Of a stretch of 20,000 bases of DNA, positions 10,400 through 20,000 are shown piece by piece. This stretch comes from Coniocarpon cinnabarinum (lineage: Eukaryota): assembly GCA_051942205.1 (NCBI GenBank), contig JAVECO010000114.1:56509-76508 (forward strand), read 5' to 3'. The position numbers and the translations under genes were made by a program. The notes beneath the pieces were generated by a model that made no database searches, was not told the origin of the DNA, and saw only the letters and a list, made by a program, of their open reading frames with translations. Position 1 is the stretch's first letter, and the number at the start of each line of letters is the position of its first letter.

Positions 10400-11150
10400 G
10401 TTTCTTTAGCGTAGTTAAAAAGAAAAAATTAAGGATTACTATAAGGCGTTCCTCTATAGTTAATAGGCTAGTAAAAGAAACTTATAGGCTAAGCACACCT
10501 AAAAAAGAATAACTAAGAAAGGTCTTAGGTACTAATAAGCTAATATTTACTTAGTTTATATATATAAATATTTTATATAAGTAGTTAATATATTACTTAA
10601 AGATATCTAAAAAGATATAGAAGTTATTTATAAATATATATATAAAGGTATAGTAGTCTTATAATAGATTATCTAATTAGTACTAAGTATAGACTAGTAA
10701 GTTCTTATTATTTATTACTATAGTATTTAATTATTTTTACCTATAGTAAGAGATAACTATATATTTAAACTAATCTTTAGGAAAGGTCTAGAACTAGTAG
10801 AAGTAAGATATAGCATCTATAGTTAATATATACTTCTTACTATATAGCTCTTATATAATATCTTTATACTTAGGTAGAAGGTAAGTTTCTAGTTCTATAA
10901 TTTAATTTAGTTCTCTAATATTAACTACTATATAGCTCTAACGCTTAAGTAGTTAGTTAGGCTTTTCTATAGTTCGCTAAACTATAAAGACTAGAAATCT
11001 ATAGTTAGTTAGTTATTATATCTATAATATTTTACCTTATAAGTATAATTTATTAAAGGTTTTATCTACTACTTACCTAGCTAGTATACTTAATAGATAG
11101 ACCCTCTACTTCTTTAGACGCTTACTAGGCTTAATAGGTATATATATCTA
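10400..11150 (-). pseudogene. Reverse transcriptase relic
   Basis: Reverts to RVYPLS...VVDETFDKLHSQGKMSWT, FPVFVVWR, RVVVDIRELN and DA.SYFYQF. The catalytic F(I/V)DD is ttt ata aat aac at 10635-10624, followed by PKTFLGY. Confidence 0.92.
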
Positions 11151-11749
11151 ATTATATTTTTGTACTATAATTGTCTTACTCTTATTAATCTATAGTATAG
11201 AAAACTTGTCTGCTATTTGTTATAGAGCCTACCTTTTTACTTAGTTACTATAGATCTTTATTTTATTATCTATAACTTTCTTTAATCTATTAGATTAGTT
11301 AGTAATATTAAGTATATAATTATAGAGGTTAGTTACTATAGAATAGGCTAAGTGTTTAATTATATAGTCTACTTAGTCTAGTAAGACTAAGAAAGCGCTC
11401 TTCTTATAAAAATCTATAAAGATTTTAAGCCTAGTTAATCTAAAGATATTAATAGTAATAGTAGAATTATTATACATTTAGACTACTATTAGGCTTATAT
11501 TAACAATTACTAAAAAGAAACTACCTTCTAAGCCTAAGTTAAGGTTAGTAGTTAGTTTAAATATATAGTCTCTATTTTATAGTATATTAGTAAAGCTAAT
11601 AGAAACTATAATTAATTACTTTAGGCTAATATATATAGTCTATTTTACTTAGACTACTTGCTTAGTTAATTTATATAGCCTTAAGTAAGTCTTAATTAAA
11701 ATCTTAAGAAACTTATAACTTCTAATATTTACTATCTATAAGCCTAACT

Positions 11750-12060
11750 AAATTATAACTTATTCTTATATAAGAATATTAATTTTAATTAAAAAATTAG
11801 TAGATAGTCCTTTAATTATATATACCTCATACTTAAGGTATATAGTTGCTACTTAGTCTTATAAGGATCTATTAAGGTATATATCTAGGATAGTATATCT
11901 AGTTAATTTATATAACTCTTAGATACCTTATATCTAAATTTTATTTAGTATACTATAAATATTAGCTTAAAGCAAAAGACCTTATAAAAACTTATTATTA
12001 ATAATACTTATTATATATCTAAAGTTAAGATAAGCTTTAAAGCTTAGTTACTTTAAAGAT
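11750..12060 (-). pseudogene. Retropepsin (aspartic protease) relic
   Basis: ctt aac ttt aga tat (12029-12015) reverts to L-D-S-G-C, followed by MSIID. Downstream HEVHVIEGLSANFLIGIDVL matches the hydrophobic-Gly-x-Asp flap motif. Confidence 0.8.
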
Positions 12061-12599
12061 AACCTAACCTAGGCGGTAGTATAATACTATAAGTAAAAAG
12101 CTAGACTATTTAATAGTATATATAGTATACTTAATTTAATAATAATATTTAGTTTTTTAACCTCTACTAAAAAGGCTACTAGTTAATTATAGGTGCTTTA
12201 TATAACCTTTAGTAGATACTAGATATACTATAGTTTATCTATAATATAGAGAAGATATAAGTATAATTAGTTAAAAAAGGTAAAGGTTAAGTTATAAATA
12301 TTATAAATAGTAGGATAGACAAGTTTAGGTATTAAAGATATAATATATATAATATTAATATAATAGTAATTATTATTATATTCCTCTACTTTATATAAGA
12401 ATACCATATCTAGAATAGCGTCTAGTTAGTTAGTTACCTCTAACTTATCTAAGTAATTAAGAATATTTGCTATATTAGTATTTATATAGGCTCCTAGTTA
12501 CTTATTTGCCTTTACTTTCTCTTATATAAAGAAGAGTAGAAAGTTCTCTAGATTTACTATATACGCCTTACCTTAGTTACTAGTAGTATACTAGCTTAA

Positions 12600-15515
12600 C
12601 TTAAAAGATTATTTAATAAATTTAAAGTTACTAGTAACTTAGTTTCTTAAACCTAACTTATTTATATTTATTAGTAGTATAATTACCTTTAGTTACTAGC
12701 TATAAAATAGTACTCTATATAGATTATTTAGGTTCTAGTTATAAGTATTTCTATTTTCTACTTAGTTGCCCTAGTAATTATTATTATACCTATTACTATT
12801 AGGTTCTTAGTTATAGTAATTACTATATATCTACCTATATAGGTAATTACTATATAGTTAGATACTATATATCTAGTTCTAGTTATAATTATTATTAGCT
12901 ACTCTTATAGCATATATAGTAAAATAGAACTAGTCCTAGGTAAGAGATAGTATCTATAGTTACTAGCCTTCCTATATAGGCGCTAGTCCCTAGTTATAGG
13001 AATTATACTAACTATATAAAAGCTTATTAAAAGGGTAGCGTTAGTTTAATTAGTAGCTTAATCTATAGTAGTTATAGGAACTATAAAGGTTACTATAATT
13101 AGTTTATTAGTAGTCTATTTAAAAGTTCTAGTTATTTATAAGGCTTTAATCTTATAGTTTAGACTAGTTCTCTATAAAGTTGCTATCTTTAGTAGTTCTT
13201 AGTTAGTATATATTAATCTTAGTATATACTACCTTCTAGAGCTTACGCCTAAGTTCTATAGCTTCTATAAAGTTAGTAACTATTATAGTTAGTCTAGGTA
13301 GAGATAGGTTAAAGTAGATCTTTAGATTAAATAACCTTTAGATCTCTTTTAGGTATATATAGTTATTAGATATACTAATTATTCTACTAGTATTATTAAG
13401 CTTATAAATATACTTTACTAGGTACTCTTCTTACTTTACTATTACTATAGTAAATCTTTTAGTTATCTAAGTGCAACTTACTACTTTTTTATCTAGTTAA
13501 AAGTACTAATAAAGAGTATTAATCTAGGTATCTAGGTTATAATATATATCTAGCTACTAGTTCTATATAAGTTTGCTTATATACTAGCTCTATATATAGC
13601 CTCTAAGGTAAAATTGTAAGTTTATTTATATAATATTATTACCTTTAAGCTATATAATAGCTTATAATTAGTTATAGAATAACTACACGTTATAAAAGAT
13701 TTAGTTATAGCCCTCTATAATTATCTAGTTAATTAATTTATACTTATAATATAGGTTAAAGAATCTAACTTCTTCTAGATACTAGTAGGTATTAACTATT
13801 AGGTAGAATACTTAGTAATTATTATCTATATTATTTCTAGATAGTTAGTAGGCTTATTAATTTAGCTAATCTTATATATCTTATATAGTATTATATATAT
13901 TATTTATTTATGTTTATATTACTTATAATATGTCTATAAGGTTTAGTTAATTAGGTAGTAGTAAATATAAACTACTACCTTAATTAATTAGCTATTATTT
14001 GCTATATCTATAAAATAAGATTATAATAATAATTATTAGTTAATAGTTATAGATACTAGGGTTATTATAGTTAGTAGTTATAAAGTAAAGTTATAAGAGG
14101 GCTATAAGAACTATAGTAAGTAAGATTATAACTCTAGAGAAGGTAATTAGTATATCTAGCCTATTACTAATAGCTATAGTAGGGGTTAGTTAAAGCTAGT
14201 TACTTACTAGTCTTTAAGAGTACTTAAGGTTAGTAATACTCCTATAAATAAGGCTACCTACTAAGATAATATTAATTACCTAAAGGTTAGTATATAACCC
14301 TTTAGTTTAAAACTTAGATAGAAGTTTAGTTAGTCTAAGGTAATTCCTTTAAAAGGTTTGTTAAAAAGAGAGCTTATTAGGTAAAGAGAGGTTAGAATAT
14401 TAGGTATATATACCTTTCTTTTTATAGTTAGTTATTAAGGCTCTTAGGTAGGTATACTAAAAGGTTTTTACTATAAATTTTTACTTTTAAATTCTACTAA
14501 AGGTAATATATATAATTGCTTAATTAGTAATTACTCTAAAGGGTTATAATTATATAAAAGATACTTAATAGATATAATTACTCTTTATAGTAGTAAGAAT
14601 CTAGCTTCTAATTTTCTTTTATCTAATTTTAAGCGTACTAGTAGTTATAAAAAATAGTTAGTAGTTATACTAAGATATAATTATCTATATAAGTATCCTA
14701 CTAGTAGTATATTACTACTTTAAAAGAGTAATAGTATATATATTAAGAAGAGGTCTAGTGCTTTACTTTTAAAGGTTAATAGTAGGGAGACTAGTAGCTT
14801 ACTTAATTACTTTCTTAGTTACTTATTACGCCTACTTCTTTTAAAAGAAGATAGTATTTTATCTAGTACTAGGTACTTTATCTATACTAATATCTATCTT
14901 TCTTCTAATAGGTATTATAAGTGCTATACCTCTTATTATAGTTATTAAACTAATTTACTTTTACTTAATCTATAGTTAATTAGTTAGTCTAGTAGATAGG
15001 TATAGCCTTAGGTAATTATATTAATATATTTAAAGAAAGGCTTACCTATCTTTATTACTAATTTACTATCTATTATCTACTTAAAGAGAAAGAGTAGTAG
15101 CTCTTTAGTAGAGTTCCTAGTAATCTAAGTTCTACTAGTTAGTAGTTCTAGTACTTTAGACTATTAGGGTATTATAGATAATAGTTAGTAATTACTTTTA
15201 AAGTACTTAAAAGCCTATTAAAGATAAATACCTAGTTAATTCTTTTTAATATAGTAGGTCTTACTAAACTTATAGAGTTACTAACCTAGCTAAAAAATAT
15301 AATTTAGTAAAGGTATTAATATAAGTTACCTAGTATATAAGTTTAGTTAGTAGTTCTTAGTAGCTAATTACTTACTTAAAAGGTAGTTAAGGTAGTTAGT
15401 CTTACTAGTAAACGTTATTAGTATTAGTAGGCAAGTATAAGGTTAGTAGCAATTCTTAGTAGCCTAAACGCTTACTTAAATAGTAATTAAGAATATTATC
15501 TTACTAGTAGATATA
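12600..15515 (-). pseudogene. gag relic with long low-complexity N-terminal region (boundaries approximate)
   Basis: Reverts to WHPEEVGFFDP (~13782-13750) and FCDRLR.IV.LKG..VVR.NLQF.LRG.A.SWY.SEL (~13680-13570), typical of fungal Gypsy gag. A Pro/Ser/Gln-rich frame continues upstream to ~15500. The start codon cannot be determined. Confidence 0.7.
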
Positions 15516-15603
15516 GCCTAGGTTAGTAGGTAAGCCTAGTAGTTATAGCGCTAGCGCTATAGAAAATACTATAGACTTATATAAAGGATATTAGTTAATT
15601 TAT

Positions 15604-15614
15604 TGCTACTACTA
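15604..15614 (-). promoter_or_regulatory. Candidate primer-binding site (RIP-altered)
   Basis: 2 nt after the 5' LTR the minus strand reads TAGTAGTAGCA, compatible with RIP of TGGTAGCAGCA. TGGTAGC is complementary to initiator tRNA-Met 3' ends. This is inference only. Confidence 0.4.
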
Positions 15615-15616
15615 AC

Positions 15617-15812
15617 TATAATAAGTACTAGTTAATAGTTATAGCAATATAGAGAAAGATAGTAATTAATTTATCTCTCTATTAATAAGAAAGGAGGCTA
15701 TCTACTATATATAGGCGCCTATCTAGTTAGTAAGTACTATACACCTAGTAGTGCCTAGGTAGGCGCTACATGCCTAGTAACTAGGCGTGCTACATGCCTA
15801 GTACCTCTAATA
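15617..15812 (-). repeat. 5' LTR of the 12.9-kb element
   Basis: Ungapped ~89% match to 2893-3088, followed by TSD CTAGT at 15813-15817. Confidence 0.95.
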
Positions 15813-15817
15813 CTAGT

Positions 15818-17600
15818 AAACTATCTCTATCTAATAGAGAGGGCTTTTTATAATAGAAAGATCTAGAAGGTTAGTTAATTATATTTTAATAATTTAATAT
15901 TAAATTACTAAGTATAATAATTACTAAAAAGTAAGAGTTTTTGTAAGCTTAGAAGTAGTTAAAATACTATTTTATATATACTTATAAGCTTTCTAAAGAA
16001 GTAAGAGATCTAGTATATTCTTATATAATTATTATATATATTTCTTTATTACCTATATTAGGTAGTATAATAAAAGCCTTAGTATTAATTAAAAGTATAA
16101 TAGATACCTAATTAAGATCTAATAGAAGAATATAAAAGAATAGTTTATATAGAACTTCTTATTAGTTTAGTTTAGTAGAGGTTTTTTCTACTAATACTAA
16201 TACTAACCTAACCCCTAGTATAATAGTTTAGTAATATAAAACTACTACTAATACTAATACTAACTTTTAGTATATTAGTTTAATAATACTAAGCTTTAGT
16301 TTAGTATATAAATATACTTACTAAACTAATTTTTATATCTATACTAAACTAATATACTATAATTTAATAATTATTAAAATTTTTTTTAAAAAGAAAAAAA
16401 AACTTTAATTAAAGATAAGTTTAAACTTAGAGATCTTAAGTTATTATTAGATCTTTATATATATTTTTTAAAATATATTATAGAACTAAGAAGAGTAGAA
16501 CTAGTTCTAAAAACTAGTATAAGAACGTATAATATATATAAGTAGTATTAGGTCTATCTAATAAAAGAGTATTTTTCTATAGTAACTAAAAAAAACTCTT
16601 TTCTAAATCTAAGATAAGAACTAAGAAAAGAAACTAAGAAAGAAAACTAAGAGAAGAAACCTCTCTATACCTAGTATAGAAACCTTTTATCTATCTATAC
16701 TACTACTATAGAATATAAAGATATAGATCTTAATTTTAAGTATTCTATTTATTATTTATTATAATATTAACTATTTATTTTATAATTTATATATTTTTTA
16801 GTATAATTATTATATATTTAGTATAGTAGACTATAAGTTAAGTTACTTTTAAAATTAGTCTAAAATATAATATAATAATAATTATAATATTATAAATCTT
16901 TAAAGTAATTATATTATAAGGATTACTACTTAGAACTAATAAGCGTATAGTACATTACCTAACTATTAACCTCTTATTAACTACTATACTATCTAGTTTA
17001 TATTACTATATATATCAAATACTACTAAACTCTATTTAGACTTAGTTAATAACTTAAATAGTTACTTAGAAGCGCTATTTAGAAAGAATTATAAGTATAA
17101 GATACTAATTTTTTAAAAAGAACTAATATTAGGTTTATATAATTACTTCTATTTTTTGATTACTAAATAAAAGTAAAGGTATAACTACTAAGTAATACTA
17201 AAAAGATAAAAGATAGGTAAGAAGATATATATCTAAGAATTTCTAAATATTATAAAGTAGTTTTCTTTTTTTTATTCTATATATAAAGTCTTATACTTAG
17301 AAACTATAAATAACTTTAAACTAGATCTTTTTTTTATCTTTACCTAACCTTAATACTAATAATCTCTTCTAAACCTAGACCTAGATTCTTATACTACTTT
17401 ATATCTCTTTTTTTAAGCTATTAAAGAATAGTAAACTTATAAAGATAACCTATATTAAGTTATATCTTTAGTATAAATATTATATTAATATTTTATACTA
17501 TATAGATAGAATCTTTAAAACCTTATTTTAAATAATTATTAACTAGAACTAATTAATCTTTAAATCTATTTAATCTATATTAAAAAAATAGTATCTAAAA
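15818..17600. mobile_element. Heavily RIPed repeat sequence of unresolved identity (continuation of 2278-2892, possibly leader/LTR of the plus-strand element)
   Basis: Extreme AT/TpA bias. Short tandem motifs (CTAATA repeats ~16190-16263; AAACTAAGAAAG-like x3 ~16618-16660). No recognisable domain. Confidence 0.5.
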
Positions 17601-18950
17601 TTCTTATCTTAAACTAGTTATTACTAATAAGCTACTCTAAGTTATTATTATATAAGCTTAACTCTATAAATTATAAAAATTTATAAGTTTAAACTTTTAG
17701 AATAATTATTAATTATATCTAACTAAAATAGATACTAGCTAGTATACTAACCTTTAACCTAAGTCTAATTAAATTATAAAATATCTTTTAAATTTAGATA
17801 TCTTAACTTTTATAATAATCTAGAACTCTAGACTTATAATATAAATCTTTATAAATTAAACTAATAAACTTACTAACTAGCTCTAAATAGTAAAAAACAC
17901 CTAACTTAGAACCTAGAATAATAATATAGTAACTACCTTAGTCTAAGCTTTTAGAAACCTTTAACTTTCTAAGTTATAATTTAAAAGTCTATAAAGATAC
18001 TAGATCTAAAACTTTATAATAGAACTCTTAAGAAGCTTAAGCTATATATTACTATACTTTAAAATAAATTAGTAGTTAATATAGACTACTTTAATACTAA
18101 TAAAAAAAAAGTCTAATATTCTTATTTACGCCTTATTTTTAGATCTACTAACTAAATAAGAAATAAATTCTAAATTTTTTTTAACTCTTTTATATCTATA
18201 ACTATTATTAATATAGCCTAATATAGAAAAATCTTATATAGATATTTTAATAACCCTAGCTATAAAAAATATACTAACTAAAGACTCTTAATAATCTAAT
18301 AATTAAACTAAACTTTTCTAGACTTTTTTATAGACTTTAAAGATACTCTTACTAACTTAAGCTATACTAATTACTAAGACCTTATAGTTGTCTACCTAAA
18401 AGAAGCCTATAGTTATAAGTTAAGATAAATTTTTATAGTAAGTAAACTACTTTTAGATTTTAATAAGTTTATAAAATATTCTACTAAAAAAAATACTAAC
18501 CTTTAATAATTAAATAACGCTTATTAATAAGTAAACCTAAATTAATTCTAAAATATATTAAATAATATATAGTATACTACTTTAGCCTTTTTAGTAAACT
18601 AGATAACTTCTTTTATAATTCTCTTTTTTATTTTTTATAGTTCTCTAGTTTTTTTAAAACCTAGTACTCTTATATCTAAAAGAATAGTTATATAAAAAGA
18701 TAATAAGATAAATTTAGATAGACTTATTAAAGAAGCTAGACTAGATAACTAACTTATAAAAATAGTAAAAGATACTTAATAAAAACTTAAAAGATGCTTT
18801 TACTATAATAAATAAAAATATATTATAATAAACTATCTTTTATTAAACTAATCTTAGTAGCTTTAAAAGGTAATAAATAATTTTAATTTACTAAAATAAA
18901 TATATATACCTCTACTAAGCTATAAAGATTAGCTAAAAAAAATAGTTTTT
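17600..18950 (+). pseudogene. gag relic of a second, plus-strand Ty3/Gypsy element
   Basis: Reverts to KMPDPELYDGTPEKLEPYI..L.NKL.VNADHFDTDEEKVRYSYSRL (~17995-18135), GGDEMDLD (~18695-18720), and a CCHC zinc knuckle RCF.C...GHI..NC (aga tgc ttt tac tat..., ~18792-18838). Start is approximate. Confidence 0.85.
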
Positions 18951-20000
18951 AGCTAAAGTTATAGTTAAAAATAAATATATAAAAAGGCCTTTAAAGAGTT
19001 TATCTAAGACTTAGATTCTAGTTTTAGTCTTAAATAAAAAGGCTATAAATATATATTTATTAACTCTAAAATAAAAAATATATATATAAATATAAATAGA
19101 GATATAGAAGTAACTAGATATACTTTTTTAGATAAAGACTTTTTATATAAGATTAGTTCTATTTTATACTCTTTACTAAAACTAATTACTATTTATAAAT
19201 TTAAAAAATTAAACCTAATTAAGATAATATATACTACTATATTTAAATTAAAAATACTTAGCTATACTAAGATTTTTATTACTTTTATTTTACTAAATTT
19301 TAAGTAGCCTCTTATTCTTAGACTTCTCTAGTTTAAAAAGTATAGAATTATTATAGATTATTAAAAAAAAACCTTATTATTTAGAACTAAATATATTAAA
19401 TAAAAGTATTATTAATTAAATATTACTATATTATATTACTAGAACTAATTTTAATAAAAAAAAAACTTTTTATACTATAATTTAAAAATAAATCTAGATT
19501 AAATTAAAAGTTTAATTACTTATACTAATACTATCTAATTACTTAGAAAGTAAAAGCTAAGAAGTTTATTTATAAATATTAAAGATCTATAGCTAAGCTA
19601 TTTAATATAAGTCTTTTAGAAATAGACTAGATACTTAACTTATAGTATATTTTTTAAGATACTTAATTTATCTATATTAAAAACTATAAAATAGTAGTTT
19701 TTAAAGATATAAACCTATAAGACTACTTACTAAAGTAGTATTATAAGTATTTAAATATATTTAATTAAAAAAAGCTTAAAAACTTTTATCTTATTATTCT
19801 AAAGATTATATAATTTATATAAAGCCTAGAACTAAGCCTCTAAATAGTGAAATCTATCTAATAAACTATAAATAGTTAAAAACTTTATAAAATTATCTAA
19901 ACAAGAAACTTTAAAAAAGATTTATTTATATCTTTTAATTACCTACTACTACTTTTATTTTATTTATATAAAAAAGTAATAGTAAAGATTACTATTACTT
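18950..20000 (+). pseudogene. pol relic (protease and linker) of the plus-strand Gypsy element; continues beyond the window
   Basis: gat ata gaa gta act aga tat act ttt tta gat (19101-19133) reverts to DTGATGYAFLD. LILGLPWFKKH lies at ~19311-19343. Confidence 0.8.

Larger units (their letters stand above)
2893..15812 (-). mobile_element. Full-length RIP-inactivated Ty3/Gypsy (chromodomain-bearing) LTR retrotransposon, ~12.9 kb including a nested solo LTR
   Basis: Two 196-bp direct repeats (2893-3088 and 15617-15812) with TSD CTAGT at 2888-2892 and 15813-15817. Minus-strand domain order is gag-PR-RT-RH-IN-CHD, and a purine tract abuts the 2893-3088 LTR. Confidence 0.95.
2400..20000. other. 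AT-rich RIP block (probable heterochromatic repeat island)
   Basis: Near absence of CpA/TpG and massive TpA excess (CTAG, TATA, TTAG). No ORFs in the six-frame track despite clear retroelement protein motifs. LTR-LTR differences are almost all transitions. Confidence 0.95.

Noticed and set aside
2400..20000. AT-rich block as mitochondrial/organellar DNA, an alternative genetic code or contamination
   Set aside because: The dinucleotide bias, transition-dominated LTR differences and retroelement motifs are all explained by RIP.

Overview
Filamentous-ascomycete (Pezizomycotina-type) genomic DNA spanning a boundary between a GC-balanced gene region and a RIP-mutated transposon block. 1-1622 (+) is the 3' part of an intact NACHT/ankyrin-type (fungal NLR-like) gene that runs in from beyond the window. 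From about 1820 onward is a nest of LTR retroelements degraded by repeat-induced point mutation (TpA excess, CpA/TpG depletion, no surviving ORFs). The nest contains: (i) a 219-bp solo LTR (1842-2060, TSD TGGGC); (ii) a complete 12.9-kb minus-strand Ty3/Gypsy element (2893-15812, 196-bp LTRs, TSD CTAGT) with recognisable gag, C2H2 finger, protease, RT, RNase H, integrase and chromodomain relics; (iii) a 542-bp solo LTR (4232-4773, TSD AAGAG) nested inside it; (iv) an older, more heavily mutated background that includes a plus-strand Gypsy gag/protease relic running off the right edge. The most unusual feature is that the 12.9-kb element appears to carry an extra ~4-kb sense-strand ORF relic (~1300 codons, unrecognised) between pol and the PPT, ending in a second chromodomain-like motif. 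All protein calls in the RIP region come from manual reverse translation allowing C>T/G>A reversion, so internal boundaries are approximate.
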